DNA of 64,000 nucleotides from Mobula hypostoma (Eukaryota), in NCBI RefSeq assembly GCF_963921235.1, contig NC_086118.1:47058001-47122000 (forward strand), written 5' to 3'. Positions within the stretch are counted from its first letter, which is position 1. Each line of letters starts with the position of its first letter. Positions 23,628-36,632 of this stretch are shown piece by piece. The notes beneath the pieces were generated by a model. That model worked only from the letters and a program-made list of their open reading frames with translations. It was not told the origin of the DNA and searched no databases. Position numbers and translations under genes: made by a program.

Positions 23628-25998
23628 AGTCCTCCCACACTTAGGCAGTCTACTGGCAGTCTAAGTGTTAACTGGAAACACTTCAAACAGTAATTCAATA
23701 TATATTTAGCTGCTAGCAGAGAGGGAGTGACTGATGAAAAACTGAACGTGCCTATATTTCTGCATGTAATTGGTGAAGATGCTTTGGACATCTGTAACAG
23801 CTTTCAAGTTGATGAGACAGCTTTTACGTTGGACATTCTGATGACAAAATTTGAGAAATATTTTGTCCCAAATAAAAGCATCACGTTTTAGAGATATGTC
23901 TTTTTCCTGTAACCAGAAACAAAGTGTTAGCTTTGACTAATACGTAGCTGAGCTTCACACACTGAGTACGACCTGTGAACTTGGAGATTTGAGAAACTCA
24001 CTAGTTAGAGACAGAATAGTTTGTGGAATTCCAGATAATGGATTGAGAGAAAGACTTCTGCATGAAAAAGATTTGACACTGGGACAAGCTATGAATACAG
24101 TACGTGTAGGGCAGCGTGGATCACACGAGCGCAAGCTAAGGAGCTGCAAAGAGCAGAAACGGCAGTGCATGCTGTGAAAACAGAGGGGCAGAACACAAGG
24201 AATTTCCCAAAGCAGCAGCTAAGCAAAGAGGAAGGCTGAAACAGCAAATGTGGAGGTAAACACATTCCAAAGATGTGTCCTACGTAGGGATAGTCATGCA
24301 ATAATTGTGGAAAGAAGAATCATTTTGCAAAGTACCGCAAAGCTGGGCCTACCAAGAGAAAGGTGCACATGTTGATGGGGAAATGGAGGAATTCTTTGTG
24401 GATTCTCAACGGACTGCTGGTGCTGGTAAAACAGAATGGGTTATTCCAGTGGCTGTGAATGAGACAGTAATTCCATTCAAACTTGACACCAGACCCAGGT
24501 GAATCTGTTATCCATGGATGATTACAAGACTCTTACAGTGAAGAACAAGATTTATCTAGTGAAATTAAAAGTGACAGGCTACACTGGAGAGAACATTCCA
24601 GTTAAAGGGGCTGTATAGTGACCTTCAAACACTCGGGGCATCATCTGTAAGTCACAGCTACTGATTGTAGAAAAGAGTATAGCCAGTATTAGGTTTGAGT
24701 GCATATGAAAAGCTCAACCTGGTGAAAAGAGTTTTCAAAGAGTCTGTCTGGATTCACAAACTAAAGATAACCATACAACACTCATGTAAGAGCATGCAGA
24801 TGTCTTTGAGAGGCTTTGATGCTTACCTGGTGTACACAAAATTCATATAAATAAAACAGTGACTTCTGTTGTCCATGCATGTGGGAAAGTTCCATTTCCA
24901 CTTAGAGACAAACTTACACGGGAACTAGCAGGCATGAAATGGATGAAAATTGAAGAACCAACAAATTGGGTGAGCTTACTGGTCATTGTGAAAAAGAAAA
25001 ATGGAGCATTGCGGATATGTCTAGACCCAAGAGATCTCAATAAAGTCATTGAGAGAGAGCATTTTAAATTGTCAACATGGGAGGAGTTCATGTCCTGGTT
25101 TGTAGGTGCCAAGTGGTTTAGCAAGCTCGCTCATCATCTGGGTTTTTGCAGATGAAGCTTAATGAGGAAAATTTGAGACTGTGCACTTTTAACATACCAC
25201 AGGGAAGGTATCACTTTCTTTGGTTACCATATGGGATTCTGTCCACACCAGGTCTACCATAAAACCATCCACATAATTCCCATACACGCTGGGAAAATAT
25301 ATGTTTGCTGCTGTTGCATTGTCTCAAGCATTCAACAAGAAAGAAATGAGTGACCATGAGGTTAATGCAGATATGAGCCCTATGTTGACATGATTGTCAC
25401 CTCCCTTCCAATATCTCCCGATAGAAGAGAGCAGATTAGGAAAGCAGCAGCATCGATAAAACAATGAAAGAACTCAAATATACAAAGTGGAAATGATGGC
25501 TAGCAGCTAAGAATGACTGTCCAATATATATTCAGGATTATTAGGCATGCAGAGCTGAACTGTCAGTAGTGAAAGATAGAGTCTTCAAAGGAAACTGGTA
25601 TGTGATTCCACTGCAGCTACATAAGGAAATGCTCCTAAAGATGCACAAAGGGCATCTTGGTGAGGAAAATTGTAAACGCAGAGCTCATGAAGTTTTGTGC
25701 TGGCCAAGAATGAACCAAGACATCACAGACCACTGCTTCATGTGAAATATGCCTTACCTACAGACCAAAGCAGCAAACAGATTCGGTTACACCACACCCT
25801 GTACTAGGCCGTACTTCAAAGTTGGAGTGGATTTGTTTGTAATGGGAGGAGTCATATTGTTGTAACAGACTACCTTTCCAAGTACCCAGAGGTTGCAACA
25901 CTGCAATCAACATCCAATAAAGCAGTCATCGCCTTCCTGAAAATTCTGTTTGCAAGGCATAGAGTTCCATATGAGGTAGTATCAGTCCAAAATTTGCC

Positions 25999-26196
25999 CT
26001 TTCACCTGTCAGAATAGCAAAGTATATTATTTTTCTTTGACCATAGATAGATCTGGAAGAGATGACTGACTTGTCAGAAATACGAGAAGAAATAATGTCT
26101 CGAGTGATAAATGTTATGAAGCAGGCTGAAGACTACGAGGACTCATTTGATGATTATTCATATTTGTGGGTGGATGATTGCAATGAATTTCTTAAA
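25999..26196 (+). repeat. Partial duplicate of dynein exon 6 with its splice acceptor
   Basis: 198 bp matching 27487..27684 with 2 substitutions; frame ends EFLK-TAA (26197..26199). Confidence 0.93.
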
Positions 26197-27534
26197 TAAT
26201 GGCCTAGCAGAGAGTTCATTCAACATAGCGAAGGATCTCATGAAGAAAGTGCAAGGTGGGCGAGAGGGTTTCCACAAAAGTCTAATGATTTATAGAAGTG
26301 TTGCACTGCAGAATGGCCTTTCACCAGCCCAAATGATGATTGGGTCGACGCATTCTCACTAACCTTCCAATGCATGAAGACCTGTTGACCCTTAAAGAGC
26401 ACGCAAGATCAAATTGGCTAAAGTGAAAGGGAAAGAAAACAGAAACAGTATCATGATAAGACTGCAAAAGCATACCAGTCCTGACGCCTGGAGATCAGGT
26501 GCAAATCTGAGATTATGATTCTGGCACGTGGTACATGCAAGGATATATGCAAGAGGAAGTAGCTCCACATTCCTACCAGATCCAGATGGAGCGAGGGACA
26601 CCTCCTGACAAAGAACAACATTTTATCTATGACCACAAGCTCCAACCCATAGCTGTAATGCATCGTCTGTCAGTACACCAAAGGGGCAAGCATGTGTAAA
26701 AAATGAACATGTTGATCAAATGAACATATGAGCAATAAAGCATTGGTTACATTACAGGTGGAATATTATGTACAGATCTGATCAGCAATGATAGGAAGTA
26801 CCTGATTTCATGGGAAAGTGTGCAGAGGAGATTCACTGGGATGTTGCCTGAGATGGGCTGTTTTCTCTGGAGCAGACAAGGCTGAGGAAGATTTGATGAG
26901 GTAGAAAATAATATGAAAAGCATAGATAAGGTAGATGGTAAAATGACTTTTCCTGATGGCAGAAGTGTCTAAATCAGAGAACATATATTTAAAGTGAGGA
27001 GTAAGAGATTTATAGAGGATGTTTGGAAGAATATTTTTTCACCCAGAGGGTGACTGAAGTTTAGAACAAACAGCATCAGGTGCAGTCACAAATTTTAAGA
27101 AACTTGTTGATAAGCAGTTGAACTGTCAAGCCAAAGTAGCAGAGGATCAAGGGCTGATAAAAGGAGTTGGTTACAGAGGGGTACATATGTAGTATTTGAT
27201 GGTCAGTGTAAGAGCCTGTTGGCAATTCAGGACGCCAACTAGAAATTAGGATGCAAAAATTAGTTGATTGGAGTTAGAAGTGACTGAGCTCATGCTGGCC
27301 TCATCTGAGATTTTTAATTGCTCCAGCAACCCCTATTTCAAGTTGAAATTGGAGCTATGGTAATATTGCACTTGATTTTCTTTTGTTAAAAATTAATAGA
27401 TTAATAATGAACAAACATTTGGAAGCAAAGTTAAATGTATTATTTTGGTTTGATTTGTAGATTTGTTTACTATAAGGGCATTTAATCTTTCACCTGTCAG
27501 AATAGCAAAGTATATTATTTTTCTTTGACCATAG

Positions 27535-27789
27535 ATAGATCTGGAAGAGATGACTGACTTGTCAGAAATGCGAGAAGAAATAATGTCTCGAGTGATAAAT
27601 GTTATGAAGCAGGCTGAAGACTACGAGGACTCATTTGATGATTATTCATATTTGTGGGTGGATGATCGCAATGAATTTCTTAAAGAATTTCTAATATATG
27701 GGCGAGTACTCACGCAGGAGGAGATAGAATCCTATGGTGAAGGAGGTGTCCCTCCAACACCACCTACTCTTCAACAGTTTAAAGATCAG
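27535..27789 (+). CDS. DNAH17: Dynein heavy chain exon 6 in window
   Basis: ccatag acceptor, GTAATT donor; IDLEEMTDLSEMREEIMSRVINVMKQAEDYEDSFDDYSYLWVDDRNEFLKEFLIYG...PPTLQQFKDQ; 255 nt. Confidence 0.9.
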
Positions 27790-29249
27790 GTAATTTTATG
27801 TTGCTTCTTTCTAAATACAGTACATAGACAAATGTGTAGAAACTACAATGTTCTCACCATATCCAAACAAGTTCTATAATCTTTATTGAAGAGAAACATC
27901 AAGATCCTTTTTGGTGTTACCACATACAGAATAAAGTAGTGCCCTGCTCATTGGGTCTACATTTACACACATGCTTTAGTTGAGATAACAACATAAAACA
28001 TTACAAAGGCAAGGACCATTGCTCCATATACCCATTAGTACATTTTGTTAAAATGCTTAGGTGGAATGATTTATTGATCTGAAGAATAAAAAATGAACAG
28101 AGTGCTGAACAAGCTGCCAGCACATGTGGTGCATGCAAGTTTGATTTCAACATTTATGAGCAGTTTGGACAAGTATATGGATGTTAAGGTTATGGAGAGC
28201 TATGATTCTGGTGAAGGTCAATGGGAGTAGGCAGATTAAATGGTTCAGCACGGACTAGATGTGTCAAAGGGTCTGTTTCTGTGCTGTACTTTTCAATGAC
28301 TATGATTACCATCAAAAGAACTTTGTAAACAACCACTTTTTAACCTTTTCATTTCTGATAGCTTTCTGAGTTGGTTAATGGTAGCAGCAAGGCAGGTGGA
28401 TTAGCTGACAATAGGGCACATGCAGAGGCATTGCCAAAGAAAAAAATGATAGGAGGAGAAATAGTTGGAACAATTACAATCCCAAAGTCTTAAAACTTGA
28501 GACTAGGATAAGACTGTATGTTTTGGAGAAATTGTATATGAAATAGAGTTTCCTAGGATGTCAAACAGGCGAATTTCCCATTTGCAGTAAATACAGTACA
28601 TTCCTCCTTCTTCCTCTTCCACTCAACATCTCTTTCTTTCTTTCCAGTACACTCTATTTCCTTCCCTCCTTAGTCCTTTACTTCTTTCGTTTCTCCTCTT
28701 CTTTCTTTCTCTGTCTTCCCTTTAACTTCTAATGTCCCTCATAGAAAGAAACAAATGCATGTACAAAAATAGGTTATTCAGTTTATCACATGCATGCCAC
28801 CTAATATGGGCCTTAAATTAATCTAAATTTCTGGTTCTTGTTCCAGAGCTTTATAGGTTATGGTTCTTTGTGGTCATCCAGACATTATTAAATGTGATGG
28901 GGAATTCTGTGTCCACATGCAGTGTGTTTCACTACATCCATTATTATTTGGTAAAAATGTTTAATCAACTCCTTTGTGAATGTGCAGCTAATCTGTGCCC
29001 CCAAGTTTGCCTATTTCTCCATCTCAGCAACAGTAGCACATTAACAACCTTCTAGCCTCCTGGTATAATGTGCAGCCAAGAGGACTGGAAAATAAGAGAC
29101 TAAGCCACTGTGTCCCCTTGTTTCCTTTAAGAACCAAGGCTACATTTTATCTGAGCATGGTGATCTCTTCATTTTGAAAGTTATTCTCCTTTCTTCAGTC
29201 CCGTATTCATTACCTTTATCGATTTTGTCCTCATTACACTTCAGTTCAT

Positions 29250-30340
29250 CCCACTGACTGCAGTTTTGCCCTATTGTCTACAGGTCCTTCCTCACAGTCT
29301 CACTACACACATCCACTTGTATACCAACTGCTGTATCCTCATCCCTATCACACCTACCAAATTAGTCTAAGCCCTTCCCAACAGTTCTAGCAAACCTGCC
29401 CACAAGGATATCAGTCTCCCTTGGGTTCAGGTGTAACCTGTCCTTTTTGTACAGGTCATACCTTCCCCAGAAGAGCTCCCAATGATCCAGAAATCTGAAA
29501 CCGTACCCCCTGCACCAATTCCTTAGCCACACATTTCATCTCCTAGATTATCCTATTCTTACCCTCACCAGCATGTGGCACAGCCAGAGATTACTACCCT
29601 GGAGGACTTGCTTTTCAGCTTTCTACCTAGCTCCTTATACTTTCTCTTCAGGGCCTCCTACAATTTCCTACCTATGTCGTTGGCACCAATATGTACCACG
29701 ACTTTGAGCTGCTCACTCTCTTAGAATGCTGTGAACCCGATTTGAGGCATTCCTGATTCTGACACCTGGGAGATAACATGCCATTTGGGTGTCTCTTTCA
29801 TGTCCACAGAATCTCCTGTCTGCTCCTTTAACAATGGAATCTCCTATCACTACTGCTCTCCTCTCGTCCTCCCTTCTTTTATGAACCACAAAGCCAGATT
29901 CAGTGACAGAGATCCAGTCGCTGTAGTAACCTCCTAGTACTTCACTGCCCCCCACCCCCAACAGTCTCCAAAGCAGTATACGTATTATTCTTATTATTGA
30001 GGGGGCACTCTGCACTGGCTGTCTATTCCCCTTCCCTCTCCTTGTAGTCACCTAGATGCCTGCCTCCTGCAACTTAGGGGTGACTACCTTCCTGTAGCTC
30101 CCATCCAGCAGCTCTATATTCTCCCATATGGGCTGAAGGTCATCAAGTTGCAGCTCCAGTTCCTTAGCATGGAGGTCTTGCAGAGTTCCCATATCTCATA
30201 CAAAGAACATTCCTCTAACCCTGGACCCTTTATCACCATACAAGGTCTGTACTACTGGATAAAGAAAGAGAAAATATAACTTACAAGAAGCTTACTTAGA
30301 GTCCCCGCCTGTTCTCACCTAAGTCTGTTGAGCCAAAGCC
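29250..30340 (-). mobile_element. CR1 LINE 5' region/ORF1 remnant (SGNH/GDSL esterase-like)
   Basis: ORF 29713..30051 RRAVVIGDSIVKGADRRFCG...CYLPGVRI; related to 44571..44888. Confidence 0.75.
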
Positions 30341-32397
30341 TGATCACTCTAGTGAAAACTTTCTTGGATGTATTTCAAAGATATAGGAACATGGGAAGAA
30401 GGAGCAAAAGTAGGTCATCCAGCCCCTCAAGCCTATTTTGCCACTCATCAAGATCTTGATTGATCTTCTATGTGAGCATCATGTTCTGTCACTTACCCCA
30501 AAATCTTTGACTTCCCCAATGTCCATCAGTCTAGATTCCACCACCCTCCAGTGTAAGAATTTTAAAATCTCACCCCCGATGGTGTGAAGAATTTTCTCCA
30601 CATCTCTACTAAATGTTAAACCTGTGCTCCTGGTCCTAGACTCCTCATTCAGGAGAAACAACTTCCCTGCATCCAGCTAGCCTAGGTCTTCAACAACTCC
30701 ACTGGATTCAAATCCTAGAACTCCACCTCAACACTCCACCCGAAGGAATGCACTACACTCTCACAAGCAATTAGGGCTATGTAACACGTGCTAGTCCTAC
30801 AAGTAAGCTTATATCTTGAATAATGAACGAGTTTAAAAGAAAAATACTTCTTTGTCTTTGCCCTTAGCATCATTCACTATACCAATGATTTAAGGGAAAG
30901 CATCTCCCTTTTTGTGCATGTACTTAGCACAAAGCACAAAACCATAAACCTAGATGAAGTGTTGAACTGATACTTAGGCTTAGATACACTATTGACACAC
31001 ACGCATCAAAGCTGTGCACCTACAAGGCTGCTTTGGAAATTTGCAATACAAATATCAAAATAGATATGATTTTTTTTGTTCAGCCTGACATGATTTTCCC
31101 ATCTACTGTACAGTAAATCTCAAGGTGAAAAAAGAGTGTAATTTAACATCGTAGTATGAGGTGATAAGAGAGAATTCTGTTCTTTCATTACTCTTTTTTA
31201 TGTTTTGTCCCAGTTAAAGTTAGGTTAGTTAAAATCCTCTACTATTGTAGTTTTGTTGTTTACTTATGTATTTTAACCTCTATCTCCAAGGACAGTTTGG
31301 TGGTATATAGTGCATGCCCAAAACAACTATTTTTTTTTGTTTAGTTCAATTTGTAACCTGCTTCTTGACGTTTCCTCCCTTTTCCCTCTCTACTCTTACC
31401 CTTCTCTTTTTCATCTCCCTTTCACTATCCATTCTCACCCATTTTCCTTTCAAATGTTTGCAGTGCTTGTTCTCCTGCCTCTGCAACATCAAATGTATGG
31501 CTTTCACAGCTGGCTCTTAGGGGGAATAGCATAGCTGGCTATCAGTATCTCTGTGAAAAAGGTTTGTTTAATACCCCTTGCTAAATTCAATAAATCCTTT
31601 CAAGTTGCTCTGTGTAAGAGTCATGCTTTGGTTTGGAAGACTCCCCCCTGTGTTTCACAGAAGTCAATCCAAGAAGAATCTGTCAGCTGCAAGAGAAATT
31701 TAAATGATTTTTGAAGTCACAGGATATTTGCATTGCAGAAGTCATGCTATTTGATTTTTATTGATCTGCAACTGGACATTTGTATCTTGGGTGTCAAGAT
31801 TTGGAAAATCATAGGAAAACTAGGATGTACCATGCAAAGTTTCCAGTGAAAAAAAGAAGTCTTATTTGGGATTGTTGGCAGCCGTTTTCCTGTTCATGGG
31901 GTTAAGACAAAATCCTCTATTTTTCACAAGATAGGAAAGTTGAGGCAACAATTACAGCTCTCATTCTTCACCCTTAACAAACTCTACTCAAACTCAGTCC
32001 CTGATAAGCCTGACAGTAATATAGGACCTTTTTAAGTAACAGTTTAGTAGGTTCTTCCTGGTGTTTATGTTCAGTTTATTGTGCATGAATTGCACAATGC
32101 AGCAGATGCATAAATGTGGTTGAATATAAGGTCATTTGTACAAAAGGTGATTGATATATTTTTTCATCATGCTTTGTAATTCATACAAAACTGACTGATT
32201 CTAACTGATAAGTATTAGGAGTCAAACTATAAAGTTCTACAAAGTTCAAGTCAAAGCATCCAGGAATAATAAAATTTGCAGAAAGTATCTGATATAAAAT
32301 TTAGTATTTTCCTTTAATCTATGTATTTAGATTTTGGAATGCATATGGCATCAAGAGAAAGATGTTTATGAATATCTGTATTCACTATCTTCTTTAG

Positions 32398-32567
32398 ATT
32401 GACTCCTATGAAGTATTATATGAAGAGGTATTAAAGTTTGAGACTGTAAAGTTATTAGCTCCCTGGTTTAAAATTGATTGCAGACCTTTCAGGCAGGCTC
32501 TTCTAAACCTTATAAAACGCTGGAGTCTTTTGTTCAAACAATATCTTATCGACCACGTAACCAACAG
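32398..32567 (+). CDS. DNAH17: Dynein heavy chain exon 7 in window
   Basis: tctttag acceptor, GTAATA donor; IDSYEVLYEEVLKFETVKLLAPWFKIDCRPFRQALLNLIKRWSLLFKQYLIDHVTN(S); 170 nt. Confidence 0.9.
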
Positions 32568-33499
32568 GTAATATTATGAATCAGATTTAACTTGATGCAG
32601 AGGACAATAGCGTTCATTCCACATTTTATCTATTTTTGTGATATAATTTAAGTATAAGTAATTTGTGCTATTATGGCATTGTAAATGAATGAGGATGCAT
32701 TAAAGATTCTTTATGAGCCAGTACTTACTGACTTGGTTCTCCTATCAAGAGTTGTTCCCTTAGTATTCCCTGTACCAAAACTTATCTGAGGTTCAGTCAT
32801 CTTCACGTTCACTATCCAGACTTCAGCAGTGTGGATTCAATGGCACGAGGCACTTCAGTGGTATAGTGTGGAGACTAACCATGAAACTACCCCGAAAGGC
32901 TTGACAGCTAGCAAAGCCCTGTCCTCATTTTCCCTGGTACTTGAAGCTATAGGGGATATTTTTAATTGATTTTAAATGTATTTACAATTCAGGGACATTA
33001 AAAAATTGTTAATATTGAAGTTAGTATGGTAAAAACTAATTAAATTTAGAGAAAGAATGTTAAAAGTACACAAATATTCAGAAACATTAAAGTGAAGTAA
33101 AGAGATTAGGCTGATAAAAGCATCAAACACAGTTTGTATACTGGCCTCATTAGACATTTCAAAACCTTCAGAACTAGTAGAGTGACCTTTGATTTCAAGA
33201 AGAAATGTAGAATAATATACCATCCAAATGCATTCACTTCACAACATTCATTAAAAAATGTGTCAATTTTTAGCTTTTAAATGAGATTGATGCTATGTTC
33301 ACATAAGTATTTAGTTTTCACTTCTAGACATTGGATATAACTTTCCTCCCCAATTTTGCAGAATTTCTGTTGCTTCAACAAGATAAAAAAAAAACCTTGC
33401 AACACATAAGTTGAACAGAATTGCTTCCTATAATTTCCTGTCATAAACCCACTACAGGATCACTCTCTTGTGCCGTTCTGTTTAGACCAACAAGCCTTC

Positions 33500-35922
33500 C
33501 ATCTTCAACCCTCCTCCTCTTCATGGACACCACGCTCTGGTCTTCTGCCTGCTCTGGATCTCTTTATTGCTAACTGCCGACGGGACATCAACTGTCTCGA
33601 CTTCACCACACCTTGTTCCAATTCCAACCTCACTCCTTCTGAACGCTGTGCTCTCCACTCCCTCTGCACCAATCCTAACCTTACTATAAAACCCGTTGAT
33701 AAGGGGGGTGCTGTTGTAGTCTGGTGTACTGACCTCTACCTTGCCGAGGCACTGCGACAACTCGCTGATACCTCCTCTTATTTACCCCTCAATCATGACC
33801 CCACTGAGGAGCACCAGGTCATTGTCTCTGACACTATCACCAACCTTATCAGCTCTGGGGATATCCCGTCCACTGCCACCAACCTTATAGTTCCCACACC
33901 CCGCACTTCCCGTTTCTACCTCCTACCCAAGATCCACAAACCTGCCTGTTCGGGTAGACCCATTTTTTCAGCTTGCTCCTGCCCCACCGAACTCATTTCT
34001 GCATACCTCGACACTGTTTTATCCCCTCTTGTTCAATCCCTTCCCACCTATGTTCATGACACTTCTCACGCTCTGAATTTTTTCAATGGTTTTAAGTTTC
34101 CTGGCCCCCACCGCTTTATTTTCCCCATGGATGTCCAGTCCCTATATGCCTCCATCCCCAACCAGGAAGGTTTCAAAGCTCTCCGCTTCTTTTTGGATTC
34201 CAGACCTAACCAATTCCCCTCCTCCATCACTCTCCTCCGTCTAGCGGAATTAGTCCTTACCCTTAATAATTTCTCCTTTGGTTCCTCCCACTTCCTCCAA
34301 ACTAAAGGTGTAGCCATGGGCACCCATATGGGTCCCAGCTATGCCTGCCTTTTTGTTGGCTTTGTGGAACAATCCATGTTCCAAGCCTATACTGGTATCC
34401 ATCCCCCACTTTCCCTTCACTACATCGACAACTGCACTGGCACTGCTTCCTGCATGCATGCTGAGCTCGTTGACTTAATTAACTTTGCCTCCAACTTTCA
34501 CCCTGCCCTCAAATTTACCTGGTCCATTTCCGACACCTCCCTCCCCTTTCTTGATCTTTCTGTCTCTATCTCTGGAGACAGCTTAGCTACTGATGTCTAC
34601 TATAAGCCTACAGACTCTCACAGCTACCTGGACTATTCCTCTTCTCACCCTGTCTTTTGCAAAGATGCCATCCCCTTCTTGCAATTCCTCTGCTGCATCT
34701 GCTCTCAGGATGAGGCTTTTCATTCCAGGATGAAGATGTCTTCCTTTTTTAAAGAAAGAGGCTTCCTTTCCTCCACCATCAACTCTGCTCTCAAATGCAT
34801 CTCTCCCATTTCACGCACATCTGCTCTCACCCCATCCTCCCACCACCCCACTAGGAATAGGGTTCCCCTTGTCCTCACCTACCACCCCACCAGCCTCCAG
34901 GTCCAACATATAATTCTCCGTAACTTCTGCCACCTCCAAAGGGATCCCACCACCAAGCACATCTTTCCCTCTCCCCCTTTCTCCTTTCCGCAGGGATTGC
35001 TCCCTACGCGACTCCCTTGTCCATTTGTCCCCCCCATCCCTTCCCACTGATCTCCTTCCTGGCACTTATCCTTGTAAGAGGAACAAGTGCTACACATGCC
35101 CTTACACTTCCTCCCTCACCACCATTCAGGGCCCCAGACAGTCCTTCCAGGTGAGGCAACACTTCACCTGTGAGTCAGCTGGTGTGATATACTGCGTCCG
35201 GTGCTCCCGGTGCGGCCTTCTATATATTGGCGAGACCCAGCACAGACTGGGAGACCATTTTGCTGAACATCTACGCTCTGTCTGCCAGAGAAAGCAGGAT
35301 CTCCCAGTGGCCACACATTTTAATTCCACGTCCCATTCCCATTCCCATTCTGATATGTCCATCCATAGCCTCCTCTACTGTAAAGATGAAGCCACACTCA
35401 GCTTGGAGGAACAACACCTTATATTCCATCTAGGTAGCCTCCAACCTGATGGCATGAACATTGACTTCTCTAACTTCCGTTAATGCCCCTCCTCCCTTTC
35501 TTACCTCATTTATTTATTTATCAGTCTATCTGCTTATTTATTTATTATTCTTTACCCCCCCTTCTTTCTCTTTTTTTCTCCCTCTGTCCCTCTCAATATA
35601 TCTTCCTCTGGTGCTCCCCTCCCCCTAGGCCTCCCGTCCCATGATCCTCTCCCTTCTCCAGCCTTGTATCCCTTTTGCCAATCAACTGTCCAGCTCTTGG
35701 CTCCATCCCTCCCCATCCTGTCTCTCCTATCATTTCGGATCTCCCCCTCCCCCTCCCACTTTCAAATCTCTTACTATCTCTTCTTTCAGTTAGTCCTGAC
35801 AAAAGGTCTCGGCCCGAAACATCAACTGTACCTCTTCTGAGAGATGCTGCCTGGCCTTCTGCGTTCCACCAGCATTTTGTGTGTGTTGCTTGAATTTCCA
35901 GCATCTTCAGATTTCCTTGTAT
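33500..35922 (+). mobile_element. Penelope-like element, 5'-truncated, long RT frame plus frameshifted GIY-YIG
   Basis: 8-bp TSD AAGCCTTC at 33492..33499 and 35923..35930; 526-aa ORF with [29 protein letters not shown] (catalytic D lost); ORF 35025..35483 GVIYCVRCSRCGLLYIGET. Confidence 0.92.
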
Positions 35923-36302
35923 AAGCCTTCACTGTTCTTGTTTATTTATAATCAGGCCCACTGACCATGTAGCTTCAAGACTTTTGCTTTTATGCTTTCA
36001 AAACACAGATTTAGAACAAACTGCTGTTGCCTGGATCACCTTAATCAATAAAATAGAAGAGCTTCTGATTGCATGGTATAAAAAGAGATTCTTAAAATTG
36101 GCAGATACTTTTGCAAAGAATTTTTTTTTGTGGTGCTGCTTTGCTGCTTCTTCACTGCTTCTTCCATATGCCGATTTCCATCTTGTTAATCTGCTACCAT
36201 TCTTCCCAGTAAAAAGACTTAAAAAATAGAAATACTGAAAATATGAAACATATAACAGAAAATGCTGAAAATAGCACATTAGGTTGAATCTATGGTGAGA
36301 GA

Positions 36303-36496
36303 TGGTTGGTGGTGTAGTGGCATCAGCACTGGACTCCAAGGCAGATGCTCCTGAGTTCAAACCCAGCTGGGTCCCAACCTGGGCAGCAGCAGCATCTGTG
36401 TGGAAGAAAGGCCTGGCAATCTACTTCTGTATCTTGCCTTGAAAACCCTATGGACCCTATGGTCCATGAGGTCGCGACTTAATAACTGAACAACAA
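36303..36496 (+). mobile_element. tRNA-derived SINE with RTE/BovB-like 3' tail
   Basis: 11-bp TSD ATGGTGAGAGA at 36292..36302 and 36497..36507; A box TGGTGTAGTGG, B box GAGTTCAAACC; tail CCATGAGGTCGCGACTTAATAACTGAACAACAA. Confidence 0.85.
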
Positions 36497-36605
36497 ATGG
36501 TGAGAGAAACATTGCTGGTATTTAAAATTGTTTATCTTTCATCATAGATAAATTAGAGATATCGCACTTGGGACCTCATCAAAAAGTTTTTGAAAATCCA
36601 AATAT

Positions 36606-36632
36606 ACTATATATATATATATATATATATAT
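36606..36632. repeat. (TA)n microsatellite
   Basis: Direct TA run. Confidence 0.9.

Larger units (their letters stand above)
21765..26700 (+). mobile_element. Degraded Gypsy LTR retrotransposon (gag-pro-partial RT-integrase) with nested insertions
   Basis: PBS-like TGGTGTCAGA 21943..21952 after an AATAAA-containing LTR-like segment; gag (NWKHFKQ..LHVIGEDA, RDRIVCGI, CCHC knuckle), protease FKLDT, RT (EEPTNWVS..LRICLDPRDLNK), integrase HKGHLG..C..C, NGLAES; 3' LTR not identified. Confidence 0.8.

Noticed and set aside
26047-26196. Mutually exclusive alternative dynein exon
   Set aside because: The copy lacks the last 105 nt and the donor of exon 6 and hits an in-frame TAA, so it cannot substitute functionally.
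33470-35050. 526-aa ORF as a host gene or active retroelement
   Set aside because: Penelope RT with non-ATG start outside the element, 5' truncation, YIDN instead of YIDD and a frameshift before the endonuclease.
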